Source: Octopus vulgaris
Lineage: Eukaryota
DNA: 64,000 nt
Assembly (NCBI GenBank): GCA_951406725.2
Contig: OX597820.1
Coordinates: 125,860,001-125,924,000 of the forward strand
Direction: 5' to 3'
Under the pieces are notes generated by a model, which saw only the letters and a list, made by a program, of their open reading frames with translations, did no database searches and had not been told where the DNA came from. Shown here piece by piece: positions 40,337-55,479 of this stretch. How positions within the stretch are numbered: the stretch's first letter is position 1; every line of letters begins with the position of its first letter. The translations under genes and the position numbers were made by a program.

Positions 40337-41203
40337 TATTTAAGCAAAATATAGGCTTCGTATTTGATTAGTGTATAATTTCAGTTGACTTGGAATAAGT
40401 TATGGCCTTAACGCAGTAGGGATACACATTTTAGATATCAAATACTATCAAAGAACTTTCTCGGCCATTTATAGAGAAATCTCTCAAACTTTTTTTCACC
40501 AGTTATGTCTCATATAAATCAAGATTTCTAAGTCAAAGATTTAGTAGTCGGAGAAATTTTCCATTTATTCTAGATATCAAACGCAATACCCTAAGAGAAA
40601 TTATAAAACACAATTGGTTAAAAAGTATAAAGTTTTCTAATGGCTTGAGCATGGATGTGCAATTAAGGTGATCATTTTGCAGCCAGATAGTACAAGGCTC
40701 AATCCAACTGCTCAGCGCATGAATTATGTACCTTCTAGAACACCGATTTCTGGGATATTGACTTGTAAGGGAACTTCAGTATGAGGAGACTATGGAGAAG
40801 CTCTGTGCGCGCGTGTATCTATGGCTAAAACAGAACCCTCCCCCACCAAAATAACTAGTCACCAATAGCTAATCATAATTTAAGCCTAATTAGATTACCT
40901 ATAAAGAAAACAAAATAATGCCAAATTAAACGATCTATACAAGCTATGAATTCATAAACAACTTCCAAATCAGTTTAATGAAGCACAATTCAAAATAACG
41001 TGACTAAGATATAAGAAATTCACAATCAAGTATAACATATGTGTATTTCCATCGTCAGCTGTCAAACGGATATCACTATCGTTTCGGCACCTAGGCTGTG
41101 CCACTTAATACGGTATTATCCACAACATTAAAACTATAAACGCCGTCTGGGAACCCACCAGCTTAATACTACAAATAACAAAACCAGAGTAAATAGGTAT
41201 ACG

Positions 41204-41236
<33 letters not shown>

Positions 41237-41530
41237 TTGTGTGCTTGTATAAATCCATGTAAATATATTGTCATGTTTAAGCTCCATAAAATGTATCTTG
41301 AACATAGAACCAAGACATAAGCGCTAAAAGCCAGGGAAACCATTGAATATTAAGCATCTAAGAAATTTCCAGTTGAGGCTACCAAATCATATTAGATCCA
41401 TTTGGTGTTAGAACCAACAGGAATCCGGTTGAAACCACAGACACCTGCACACCTCTATACATAATATTATTTAAGGGTTAACAAAGCAGACATACAGTAC
41501 AATTTATGGAATTGTTAATATCTGCATCTA

Positions 41531-41662
<132 letters not shown>

Positions 41663-41681
41663 TTTCTATCTATCTATTTCA

Positions 41682-41754
<73 letters not shown>

Positions 41755-41788
41755 TGGATGTATCAATGAATAGAGGTGTATGTATGCA

Positions 41789-41840
<52 letters not shown>

Positions 41841-42282
41841 TAATGTATGCGCGTATATATACATTGAGTTCACTGGAGAAGCACATACGAATTTATGCGT
41901 AATTGAAATTATTCTCTCTGATTTAATTCTGCTGCACACAGATACATAGAACCATCCTATTCTATGCCTGTTTAATTATCTGTTGCATGAAATAAGATTA
42001 GGCATAGAAATATACAATATCTGTAGATTTACACAAATTTCCATTGCTTCTGGTAACAAAGGAAAGTGATTTAATTTGATAGCCTATATGTTAAACTTGC
42101 ACACACACACACACACACCCACACATACACACGCACACATACACACGCACATACACACATGCTAGTGGCAAATTATTATGCACATACACACATACATATA
42201 AACACACAAGGAATCATCCATACATACACTCATATAATTCTATCTTATGTTTAGGTATATATACATATATATATACATATAT

Positions 42283-42364
<82 letters not shown>

Positions 42365-42493
42365 CTTAAGAGATAGATCTACGCATAAATATACTTACAT
42401 ACCCATGTCTGTATCTGCTTGTGTATACACACAGCACATATATCATATGAACATATATTTATACATGAATACACATATTTAGATTTATATATG

Positions 42494-42539
<46 letters not shown>

Positions 42540-43100
42540 TATATATATATAACTATATATATATATATACATATGTGTGTGTGTGCGTGCACATATATAT
42601 ATATATAGATATAGACTTATATATATGTATATATATATATCTATATATATATGTACACACACACACACATATATCTATATATATATATATATATAGTTAC
42701 ACGCACACACACACATATGTATGTACGTATATATACGTATGCATATCACTTTAGAGCGACTGCGTGATTACAAAGGAAAACCTCATCGCCCGCAGATTAA
42801 ATAAGACGGCATTTTAGTGTGAATGCTTCCCTATTCCGTCATGACTTACACATAAATACCATAGCCTTGTCGAAAAGATGTCATGAAGTCATGACGCACA
42901 TGAATCAAGGCAAGGTATGAAGTGCGTACAACTCCGCCTCTTCATCGTCACGTTTCGAGACAAAATATAAGAAAAGTTTTCTTAAATATTAATACTACGT
43001 GACAAGTTATACACACGTATATCTCCTAGATTCTCAATCTCTCATTATATCTGTAGATATCTGTGTGTGTGTGTGTGTATATTTATATATATGTATATCA

Positions 43101-43166
<66 letters not shown>

Positions 43167-43183
43167 ATATATATAAATCTCTA

Positions 43184-43222
<39 letters not shown>

Positions 43223-43223
43223 A

Positions 43224-43267
<44 letters not shown>

Positions 43268-43589
43268 GTGAGAGGGAGAGCAATTGATAGAGAGAGAGAG
43301 AAAGAAAGAAAAGAAGGAAGAAATAATGAAAGAAAGATAGAAAGGAGGAAAGAAAGAGAGTGAGAAAGACTAAGAGAAATAGAAAGGAACGGAAAATTAT
43401 ACGTTACTTAATCAGCTTACACACGTTTCGGATATGTTGGCAAATTCTCAATATCTGTTATACACTATTCATATTCGTGTGTATTAAAAGATTCCATATT
43501 TGATAGATACTTTTCTAGGGAGTTAGAAAAATTTAACATGACCTCATCCTTATCTAAGCTATACCAAACCGCTTGGAATAAATAACATT

Positions 43590-44660
43590 TTAACGGAGAT
43601 AGAGAATAGTAAAACTAACAACATTTGACCAGTACAAGGTGTATGAATGCATTTCGGCAGATCTATTTAATGGTGGTAATTATCAGATTATGATAGGATT
43701 GAAATATGACACCCCATGCAACCCCAACATTTGAAGATTATTGATGGCAAAATTTCTACCTCATTTAATCCATTAGAAGACAATTTAACCAATCGTACAG
43801 CTGGATTAATATGCCTTTCCGTATTAGACATAGGTAAAACTTTGCACATTGAACTTTGATTGATATATAGGCAAACATAGAAAGATAATAAAATTAGGTA
43901 TAAATTTTATGAGATAATACACTGGTCTAAAGAAATTAGAGATAAGAAATCTATCAAATTTTTATCCTAATAGATCCCTGTATCAAGTTATTATTCATCC
44001 ATTTTACTGAATATTACACTCATCCTCGGGATGCGCTAGGAAGACTATAATTAAACTTCAGAGTAAATAATGAACCAGAAAGGACAGACCAACCAGTTTT
44101 GTTTGACAAGGTCAATCCCCTCTGCATAAGTAACTGATTTAGTAAGCATATATACATTACAATGTTTAAAAAAGGGACTTTCTTGAGTTAGTGGAGGGGA
44201 TTGTTTAAGAACGACACTTATTTACTGCTTAGAGGTGTAGGAAGACTAACTTAGAAAGGCACAGTCAAAAACACCTCAAATTCTTTACGGGCGTAGGACT
44301 ACCTATCTCCCCTGAAAAAATTAGAATTGTAAATTTCCTGGATGGTACTTTAGACATTAATGCTGGGCTGCATACTTAAAACAAACCCATTGAGAATATC
44401 TTCTAGGCGAGTCAAAAGTAAAGTCATCCAAAAGCAATTATGAATACTATGAGTAGGAGCGTCCCTTCTAGAATTTTCCAAACGTTCAACTAATGAAAAA
44501 TACGAAAAAAATACGTGAAATGCTAGAAATTAGATTTATCCGAAGCTGATTATAAATAGAAAATTCTTTATATTCTTAATACTAAGATTAAGGATATACA
44601 TAAAGTTATAGAAGTAGTGGAACGGATAAAAAGGCATAGCAGTCGCAGTAACAATAAAAA
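43590..44660 (+). mobile_element. PLE reverse-transcriptase remnant
   Basis: Degenerate LDIGK...EIIHWSKEIRDKKSIKFL and IVNFLDGTLDINAG..NKP...HPKAI match PLE RT motifs (VNFLDVTL, KP, SNHP). Confidence 0.7.
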
Positions 44661-44689
44661 TACTAAGGCATACTTTAATAGGAAGAATA

Positions 44690-44965
44690 GTAAGACACTT
44701 TACCTGACAAAAATCAGGCACATTTCCAATATAGGTTATGTACATCAAAGGAAGACATTAGTGAATGTAGTACGCTGGTACAGAGAGAGTACAAGAAAAG
44801 ACATGACAATCTAGGGAGAATAACCCACTGGGAGATATGTAGAAAGCTAGGGTTTGGACATACTGATAAGTGGTATGAACATGAACCTAGTAAAGGGCTA
44901 TAAAGTAAGGGGTAAAAATGTGGAATTTTATCATCTAGAATGACAGAGTTGTAGCAGGCTGAAGT
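44690..44965 (+). mobile_element. R4/Dong-clade non-LTR retrotransposon fragment (CCHC to RLE region)
   Basis: ISECSTLVQREYKKRHDNLGRITHWEICRKLGF..TDKWYEHEP matches the EY..RHD...HW..C...KWYEH.P signature. Confidence 0.8.
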
Positions 44966-44977
44966 CATGGTTTAGTA

Positions 44978-45135
<158 letters not shown>

Positions 45136-45199
45136 TCACAATAGGCAAAATGCGAACTTTTCAGACGAAAACTCTCGCTATAATTGTAAAACAATACTA

Positions 45200-46130
45200 A
45201 TCTAAAATGTCCATTAGATAACCAATACTTAAAATTCTTACTATAAAAATTTTCGGTTACTTGCGCAACTGATTTTTAATCAAAATTATGTAATCATATT
45301 AAAAATATTGCATCTCTAAAACTCTCAGAGAGACTTATACAAGCGCTGTGTCCTTAAGTTGGCAATAAATCATCACTTTACACAATCATATTTCTTCGTT
45401 TAAATATAAGAAACAATGGGTAAAGTTTTTCTGGAACCTCAAAGAGTGGAATGCTGGGTATGATTTTAAATGAGCCATAATAGGGAGTCCATTACTGTAT
45501 TAGGCAACATAGAATTCGAGGAGACATAGGATTTTTTTTACAGCCAAATAAAAGAAATATTATGATGTATCCATTTACTTAGAAGAGCCTTTACAATCTT
45601 CTCAAATACATAGAGTACTAATTTGTGTACTAAGTATAAAATAGGTTGTGTCTACTTTTCTCAGTCAAGTATACTTGGTATATTTAGCATAGCTACTATT
45701 ATTTACTTGATAAACTAATATTCATTTTATCTAACTATTTTACTTATCATAATCTAGACATTATGTTAATGTTGATGATATTATTTGTCTAATTAGATTA
45801 TTTCATTAATTTTCAATTAATTTAGCTATATGTTTATTTGTTTATTTAAGTTTTATTATTATTTCAATTTGTTTTTAATTTTATTTATATCTTACCTTCT
45901 ATTTATCATATTACAATTCTTCGGATTTTGAAGTACAATATATCATCCTAAGTGAATGCTATTGTGATTATTTTCCTTTGGAATTATCATAAAATCAACC
46001 TGTTGTCTACTCACAGCTTATGTTTGGAATTAATAGTGATTGAATGGCAATTCTTTTGTCTTTTACTACTAAATATTATGACCGTAAACCGAATATTATC
46101 GGGGTTTGACTTACGGATTTACAAATTAGA
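45200..46130 (-). mobile_element. Possible highly decayed PLE endonuclease/RT C-terminal remnant
   Basis: Weak frameshifted similarity to the PLE endonuclease C-terminal region. Confidence 0.3.
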
Positions 46131-46254
46131 CACATATACTCCTACGTGTATTTAACAGGTTCATGAATTTCACTGGACAATTTAGCTATCCAAGTTTGAT
46201 CTATCCCTACAGAGTGATTATAGAGTATTTGTCTATATTCTTAGTCCCCTTTTC

Positions 46255-46311
<57 letters not shown>

Positions 46312-46639
46312 TATATCAATGTACGTATATCTGTATACGTATATGTGTACACATTTATGAGCGTGTATGTCGGTGTATGTGCTCGTAGTTTTTACTATAT
46401 ACATGTTAGTGTGCATGTATCATTTGTTGGTGGGGGACTGTGTTTGTATGACCATGTGGGAATATGTTTCTGTGCTCTATGCGTGTGAGTGACTGTCTGT
46501 GTTATTACACGTTCGAATATATTTTGCTGTGCATGCGTCCCATTGTAGGCAGGTTCTCGGACAGGAATTATCAGCCATAAAATTTGTGTCATTCGACCAC
46601 TTTGAGGTGTTTCATTAAACTATATAATTTGTGTTATTA

Positions 46640-46950
46640 GCCTACATTTGTCCCCAGTTATACATTGTACTTATAATTATTTGTTTAGTAGCCTAGTTAT
46701 GAGATATAGTTATATTTATCAGTATATCTCTCTCCCCAGTTACGCGATATATTTTTTGTTTCGTCGTACACACTTATACGATAGAAGTATCACTATCAGT
46801 ATATGTATATGCTCCTAACTATATGATATCTGTCCACAACTATAAGATATACTTATAGCCATTGATTGTATTTGTCCCCAATTATATGATATAGTTATAG
46901 TTAACAATGTGTATCTGTCGCTAATTATACTGCATAGTTATAGCTATCAA
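46640..46950. repeat. Degenerate minisatellite (~45-50-bp units with a CCCAGTTATA..ATATAGTTATA core)
   Basis: Recurring CCCCAGTTA/CCCCAATTA and GATATAGTTATA motifs. Confidence 0.55.
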
Positions 46951-49481
46951 GTTACATATGCCGCAAACCCTATGCTCTTTTTCGTGCTGATCTTAGTATC
47001 TGCATTATTTTCTGTTTTCACTCATTCATGTGAAAGGAAATAAGGTAGTTTTTACTCTTAAAATAATTCTTTATAACAGAACATGTTTGTTTGTTTTTTA
47101 CATTTCGTACGAACAATATGAATGACATCGTATTTGGAAAGTATCCATCACTGATGAATTATATATATTGAATATCCAACGCAATTGTTGATGATTAATC
47201 TGAGTTTCTGGCACTGACTTTGATTGTTCAATATAAAGTATATTGTAGTGTGCTTTTTTTTTATAACTAACACCGCTTCTAATTTAGAAGATTGGCCCTG
47301 AATTTGAATTTGTCATGTTGTTAAATTGTGCTCTATCATACTTGTTTTAATTTTCAAGAATCTCTACGATATTATCGATACAGCAAGCACTGAAGCAAAG
47401 GGATTGTTTTAAAAATTCTAGCTCTAAAATTTGCTAACAAATCAAGCTGTTTTCCATGTAAACAAAATGAGTATGTTGCGATATAGAAGTACAGCATGTC
47501 CTTTTGGCTTATATACTACGTTGTTGTTTAGACCAAGAACAATTTCTTTTAGGAAACATTGTAAAAACCCTTTTTACTCACACGTATGCATTTCTTTCTT
47601 TTTGTACATCCAGGATTCCATTTTCCAAGATATAGGTTCTTTATATTTACGGTGATTGTTTGTGATTTGCAATACGTTGTTCGTTGCTAATCAAAGTAAT
47701 TCGAAATAACTCTGCAAAGATCACACAATGCAACTATTAATAGAGAGATAGTTTGACATTGACTTTTCTATCTTTAGCTGACAAAAGTCCCTCTGACAAG
47801 AATTGGAATGGTATACTTTTGTACAATGATTGAGAAGATAATCTTGAAAGACATGCTAAAGGAGAGCATGGTTTAAAAGATCCGAGTAGATTACGAGAAG
47901 AGCCATTAATTTATAAAGCTACGCACATAATCATTCAAAGTTGAAATCAAGTTCAAATGGCATTATACACGCATACACTTTCAAACAAACATACACATGT
48001 ATGTACGCATACTCACGCATACTTACTTACATATACATAAGTGTGTGTGCGTGTGTGTATGTGTGTGGCTGTGAATATTCTTTTATATGATGCGTTTAAA
48101 CATTTAATATTTTACATGACCTTTGAATTTAAGAGATAGAAAACGGGCCAAAATGCAGTTCGACGTCTGAATACTTTAGTGATTAACAACATATATAGAA
48201 CTTAAAATATAAGAAAAGCTTCAATTTCCATATGGCAATCATAAATTAAATCATGAGCCATTATCTAAAATTTATGCTTTTATGCTGTTTATTATTCTAA
48301 ATATGTTGCTTTCAAATATCGTCTTACTTAATTTTGTTTATACATGCAAGTTTATTCTGTCTAAACTTATTGTAATAATGTTTTGGAGTTTAGCAAACAT
48401 GTTAATAATTTCAGAAATACCATGGATATATTATATGACGGTTGTACATTTATTCGGAATATAGAAATACATTGGTTGATACGGTCATACAGAGAATGTC
48501 CTAAGTTTAAAATAGAATATTTGGTTAGATTACCTTTTAAGAAATATTTGGTTAGATTACCTTTTAAGAAATATTTCTACTGACGAATATCAAATTCCTA
48601 TCGACTAGAAAAATCGAACTTCAGTCTATTAGTAACCAAAAACGGCTTCTCACTAACACATTCGTCAAAGTTTCGTTTGAAAATTGTCAGTGATGATACC
48701 GCACGAATCAAACAAGCAACATCGGAAATGAAAATAACAGGAAACTCTTTTTGATAGCCAAACATTTCTTAATCTTGGCCTTCGCAATCTCGCAGATATA
48801 TTCTGGCGGCTATTTTTCTCCTTAAGCTATGCTTGGCTTCTTGTGCATTGCAAATTTTTAATATCTCTAAGCCTCCATATCATCAAGCGCCCACTCTCAC
48901 ATGATCTCCCCAGTTCCCCTCCCCTTCCTCCTTCTCCTCCTCCTCCTCCTCCTTCTCATTATTATTGAGACTGCAGCGCATACCATCAAACTGAAAATGG
49001 GGTAACGTATACGAAACTCAATATACTCATCATGGTTAGCCGTCTGATAAGTGTACAGCAGGCAAACGCATCACAACCATATGTGCGAGACATGGTGCTT
49101 TCATATCAAAATAAACAGCTCATGACCTTGCAGCTGGAACCCAGTTAGAATTTTTTCAATCAAAAGGTCCCTGAATAAGGGCTGTTTAAGGATGTTGAAC
49201 AATACATTCATATTTCCTGAAATGAAGTATTCAAACCCCAAATAATTCCTCATAACACATTACTATGATGCTCCCCCACTCACTACTTCTGCTCGTTATC
49301 AGAGATGCGCATATCGCCAGCCACCGAGGGACATATTCAACTGGGTATGGTCAAACAACTGACAAGCAAATCGGTGGTATTGAGCAGAATATTTGCTGCA
49401 GCCCATCTTTTACACCAAGACAAAACATGTACATGATAACATTTTCAATCACTTGAGATCTGAAGTCATCAGAGCTGCTAA

Positions 49482-49488
49482 TCATCAC

Positions 49489-49548
<60 letters not shown>
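49482..49548. repeat. (CAT)n microsatellite
   Basis: Direct observation. Confidence 0.95.
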
Positions 49549-50644
49549 TATTATTATTTTTATATACACTTAACAGATTAGACTGTTGGAGAGAAAAAAA
49601 ACTAACATTAGGCTACAACAAATAAACTTAGATGCTAAGAACCCTCCTAAGTATCTTAGATGTCCCTAATAGCCCCGTTTTCTGGAGTTGTACTAAAAGG
49701 AGTTTTATGTCTATTTCCTCTATCCATCTGTTCGAAACTTTACGATGAGACCTTCATCGCCAGATCATTAGACCTCTGATATTTCCCACCTGTTTCCTGC
49801 CGTCACCGGCAGAATATAAAAGACCCTTAAGCAGAATATACACTTCATATTCAGCGGCCATCTGCTAGGATCTGCAAGACCACTTTTACAACCCAACCAC
49901 TTTTGCCAAGCCAAACAAATAAAGATTTGTGAGAATATCTTCATTATGTGTGGGGGGAGGGGTGAGTGCATCTGTGTCTGCGTCTGTGTGTGAGTGTGTG
50001 TGCGCACGCGTATTTGTGAGAGATAATTTAGATGCAAAGACCTGAAGTGGAAAGTTCGTTGTTGCAGAGACAGCCTCCGTGAATGTTAATGTGATGAACT
50101 GTACGGGCGAGCAATTGACAACAACGATGACCATTCGAAGCACAAAATTGGCATGATGACAGCTTACCGGCCCTCATTTAGTTTAGAATAGATCTCTCTC
50201 TCTCTCTCTCGTTCTTTCTCCTTCTCTTTCTCTCTCTCTCACTCTAAGATATGTGTATATTTGTGAGTGTTTCTATATGTAAATATATGCGTGTGTGTGG
50301 GTGTGTAGGTAATATGCATACCTGTCATTGTCACCATCACTGTCATGATTACCTTCCATTCTCCCTTACTGTTTTCTCCTTCTCTGGTATATACAGAGCA
50401 CATATATACATCTGCGTCTATCTCGAACGACTACACATGCAATTTGTGTCAAACGTATAAAGGAATGCAAATTTTATGTCAGCAATTTGTGGCTTTTTTC
50501 TGGATGGAATTTAGTATGACATTTAAAGAAAAGTCGTTAATACTCTCGTGAAAGGTTTAGGGAATAAAATATTCCATTTCACTTCATCTAGAATTGTGGA
50601 TATTTGTGCTTTGTCAAAAGCAATCAGGATATGTATACATACAT

Positions 50645-50747
<103 letters not shown>

Positions 50748-50757
50748 ATGGATAGCG

Positions 50758-50790
<33 letters not shown>

Positions 50791-51154
50791 TATACATGAT
50801 ACATTGTAGGTTTTTGCTATATAAATGAGTTTTCCTACTCAGTAGAATATGTCTATAATGGAGCGTAGCAGTCACTCATTAGACTCTCCTTATCACCATA
50901 AAGAATATCCTAAAGCTGATGCGTTCATTCTAATATCAAAATGATATACCACACTGCTATCTATTTGGTTTGATATTTTCCAGTAAATCATTCTCATCTT
51001 TATCGTACAGATTATTGCCAAAGTTTATGGAACTCCCAACAAGTTTTAGAAAGAATAACATGTTGATAATCCCGATTTAGATTATAAAAAGGAACTGAAG
51101 TTTATGCCTTTGTATATGTATATATGTGTGTGCGTCTTGTATGTGTATATATGT

Positions 51155-51359
51155 GTGTAGGAAGAGTTTACGAAAAAATAAAAGACGAAGACAGGTGGTG
51201 TACAAAACAAACAGATGTATTGGTATAACGCTCAGGAATAGAAAAAGTCTTTTACGTTTCGAGCCTACGCTCTTCTACAGAAAGGTACACAGAAACAACA
51301 AGGTGAGAAACAAGGAGAGAAAAAAATGTGTGTAGTGGCTAACGATCTATCATGGCGAC
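51155..51359 (-). mobile_element. Short HHR-bearing element, family A' (HHR at 51249-51284)
   Basis: CUUU-CUGUAGA-A-GAGC guag GCUC-GAAA-CG-UA-AAAG with perfect stems I and II. Confidence 0.85.
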
Positions 51360-51926
51360 TAGTGGTTACTGTATTAACCGCTTGACTTATATGGAAGTCA
51401 TAATTTAGGCCATCACAGAGATGGATAGCCTGTCTTGCATACGACTTCTTGGAGAATGGTCTACAAATCGTTAAAAGCTCAATCGGAAGGCACCATACAT
51501 CTACCTTCTGCACGCCAATATTATTGAAAGTCTTATTCTTATTAAATCATACACTGTGATGATTTACAAAATTTAAATTTATTTTTGTTCTTCCGATTTA
51601 CCTTGTTTTGTGCATATACAGATATTTTTCAATTAAAGGCGAGTAATATACAGAAGTCTGCTTTTATTAAAGACGTGTAGTCGAAAGCGAAAATGTGCAA
51701 ATTTGACTGCCCGTCACAGGGCAAGCCTCATTTGTAACGACTATATAAGTAGCTGAACTATACTATTGGTGAACAACAATGAAACTAAGCTTGATACAGT
51801 TCCCCTGGAAAAATACTTTATCTTTGTTTCTGTTAAGCATTTGTAGAGAAAGAATATACTGGCAATGTGTTACTATTTAATCCACAATGTAATAACATAC
51901 ACGCACACAAGCCAACACACACAGAA

Positions 51927-51979
<53 letters not shown>

Positions 51980-53117
51980 TGCATGCATGTTCGTCATTAA
52001 ATATTCGCAGTGCGCTTATTTCTATTATTGTCCTAGTGGAAAACAGGTTTCCAGTATATTAATCTAAGAGCTAACTCATCTCTTCCGCTAATAAATCCAG
52101 TACAGATTGAACTTAAATCCGAATTAAGTTATCATCGATGTTACGTTAACTGTGGTTCACTCAGCTTCCTCTCTTCCCTGAAGGATATTAAGGATCAGGG
52201 ATCTGTCTTAGGTGGATTGTTAGGTATCAGAAACATTATCCATCGAAGGCATTACATGAACAACTGATTTCCCACAACGCAATGTCTACAAACTGACCGA
52301 AAAGCCTGAATGCAGACAATAATTTTACATTTAACGAAGGACTGGAACGCCCGGATAGATTATATTGATGTCCTATCTGATGGAGACTATTTTATAGCTT
52401 TATATTTACAAAATCGTTATAGCTTTCATAATTGAAAATGAAAACGTGACTGCAAACCCAGCTCTGGGCTTTCTTGCAATTTTTAAAGTTAATGATAAAT
52501 ACATAGTTAGCTCAGATCTTTTCTAACCGGTTTCATTACTATTGAGAATCTTTAGTGTTGTGCATTAACTCTATTCTTATAGCAAATGTAAGCACATTAT
52601 TAACAATGGGGGTAATAAGGTACATAATTTAAGTACAATAAATACAAATTCGGTTGATGTCTCTTTAACGATTGTACATTTTGTTGACTGCTCTTGTTCA
52701 TTTGTTGAATCCCTACACTGGTAAAAGAGAAATAGTACTTTTTCGATAAAGGGCCTCCTTTACAATTATCTACAACTTCATGAAGAGGAAAGATTCTTGT
52801 GTACAGCTTCCGAAATTGTTGACGCTGCAGTGCTATTCCTCTATGGTAAAGGAATATTATTTGATGAAGTCAAATTTTTTATGCATATACTTTGGGTGAT
52901 GACTTTAACTACAACTATCAGGATTCTAACTCAATCAGTAAATAAAGCGCGCGTGTGTGTGTGTTTTCTTAAACGAAGTACCCATATCCTACTATAGAAC
53001 AGCCCATCTCTTATAATAAATTAGCTTTATATTATCATACATGAAGATTAATGTCCGCTCTACCATCTGACCACCAGTAGGCCTACATTTCATACTCCTT
53101 CCACGGAAACACCAAGT

Positions 53118-54260
53118 TCAACATTTGATTGAATAGCAAGTGCTATAAATAGCTCCATCAGCAATGCTCTTCCATCTATCTTCTAGATATACAAGACCCC
53201 TCTTCCAAAGTTCACTTGTCCGAGACGAAAAATACTCCTGCACCGTTTTTCTGGGCTGGTCTACAAAATTCATATTTTTTCCGTCCAAATGATTTTGAAA
53301 ACTGAGAATTAAATAATAATCAGATGGGGCATTGCCCGGCGAATATAATGGATGGAGCATCGTTCCCTATTCAAACTACTCCAGCCTGATGGAAGAAGAT
53401 CTTTCATGTTGTAACAAAAGATGGTCGTTTTTCTTCTAGCACTGACTTGAACCACACAAGCCACTCGCTCTAGCTATCCGTTGGTAGTGTTTGGTTTGGG
53501 TTTAAAAGTTTGAAGTGGACTAAACATTTCATATCCCACCAAACAGATAACAACAACTTTCGCGGATGAAGACCTTCTTTAGCCTGCGGTGCCGGTGTTT
53601 CTCCTTTCCGTACCCACTGACTTCGGCGATTGACATTTTTATGGAGAACCCATTTCTTTTCACCAGTCACTATTCGGTTTAAAAAAAGGTTCATTCGTGA
53701 GATGTGACAACAAATAACACCCATTCATTCTCTGGGTGGAATTAGACACGGAAAGTTTGGGACGAACCCATTGACCTAATTTGCTGGCTTTTCCGATGGC
53801 ACGAAGGTGTCGATGAATGGCTGAATTACCAACGTCTCTGTTAGTTCCTCAACAGTTACGAAAGGATTTTCTTTCACCAGAGATTGCAAGGCGTCCTCGC
53901 CCTAGTCTACAGATCTTCCAGGACGAGGTTCGTCTTCTAGATTGCAGTTTCAAGCTCAGAATTTCTGGAACCACCGTTGAAACTGGCTTACGCTTATTGT
54001 CCGATCCTTATATGTTGCATTAATGTTCTTCGCAGTTTCCGTTGCTAAAGCAAAATATGTCGAATATGCTTCTTCGTCACTTCCGTTAAAGCTTTGAAAA
54101 AAATAACTGTTAAAATCGAACTGCATTCTTACTAACAATAAGTACACGGTAGACTTAATATCTGCTTTTATAGCAAGTTGATGCAGGTAGTTTATCCTGT
54201 CCCCTTCCAACTTTTATCTCATGCAATTGAAAAAACCGCATTATTTATGGGATGACCCAA
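53118..54260 (-). mobile_element. Mariner element, decayed
   Basis: IVTGEKKWV, GLHPRKLLLSVWWD, HPLYSPGNAPSDYYL; TIR ...CCGCATTATTTATGGGATGACCCAA followed by TA. Confidence 0.9.
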
Positions 54261-54823
54261 TACATACAGAGGTTAACAGAAAGACAACCATTTGCACCGA
54301 GAGCAGTGTTCACTGTATGTGATTGTATACATATTACGACGAGGCATTCTGTTTAAAATATGAATATTCTTGGCCTCTGATGAGGCCTCAACAAATATAT
54401 ATATTTAGAGATATATGTAAATAAATATACAAATATACAAACTGCTTTTTCCTTCGTTCAATTTATATATATATATAGAAAGAGAGAGAGGCATTATGTG
54501 TGTGTGTTGTGTGTGTTTGTGTGTGTGTGTGTGTGTGGTTATGGGTGTGCGTGTAGACACGTATTTATGTTTGTAGACATATATATGTATGGGTGTATGC
54601 ATACGCACCGAAACACTTACACACATGAACAGAAATAAAATCACAGGCAAAATGTCAATTTTAATTTAGATACCATGAAGAATCTTTCAAGAATGCAAAA
54701 GCGAGATATATGAAATAACAATATCATTCATTTTTTTTAGAATTTTCTGGAACATTGGCTGTCTATGTGTGCGTGTGAATGTGTGTGTATGTACTTGTTT
54801 ATGGATATGCGCAGGTGTGACTG

Positions 54824-54861
<38 letters not shown>

Positions 54862-55038
54862 CGTATGTATGTATGTATGTATGTATGTATGTATGTATGT
54901 ATGTATATGGATGTATGTGTGTATGCGTGTAAGTTCGTAAGGATGCGTCTCATCAGAGGAAAAAGAGAAATCGTGATACAAAACATACCTCGTAGGAATG
55001 CCGTAATCATTTTATGCAACAGCCGTCAGCATCTGAAA

Positions 55039-55141
<103 letters not shown>

Positions 55142-55479
55142 TGTATGCATATATGTATGTATATACCAATATGTTCATATATATGGATGTATATATGTAT
55201 GTGCATATGAATGTGTGCATGCATACATATAGCCTTCCGGCGCCTGAGTTGCTTTAATAATATTCTGTCGATTAAAAATTACATTATATGTAAAGTCATG
55301 TAATTTTCTCTTACTGTTGCTTATTTGTTCTACCCAAACTATAAACTCTATTTTGAACATTTTCTTCCACATTTATGCTGACTCCTCCAAGCTAAATCAG
55401 TAACTGTTTTATTTTTTCCAATTATAAATAATAGAAACACCTTTACCTTATCAACGTAGCATTATTCAGACCTTTTGCT

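Noticed and set aside
46640-46950. Periodic repeats as a CRISPR-like array
   Set aside because: Eukaryotic context, degenerate units and no unique spacers; a minisatellite
48516-48575. 27-bp tandem duplication
   Set aside because: Ordinary slippage duplication
49430-49480. Minus-strand CTGATGA...GAAA in an interspersed repeat
   Set aside because: No stem I complement after the putative cleavage site
49351-49581. Poly-Met / poly-His ORFs
   Set aside because: (CAT)n microsatellite translation
52180-52400. QGSVL-like LINE RT motif
   Set aside because: Too short and degenerate to support a call
54372-54390. GGCCTCTGATGAGGCC containing CTGATGA
   Set aside because: Small local hairpin with no downstream GAAA or stem III
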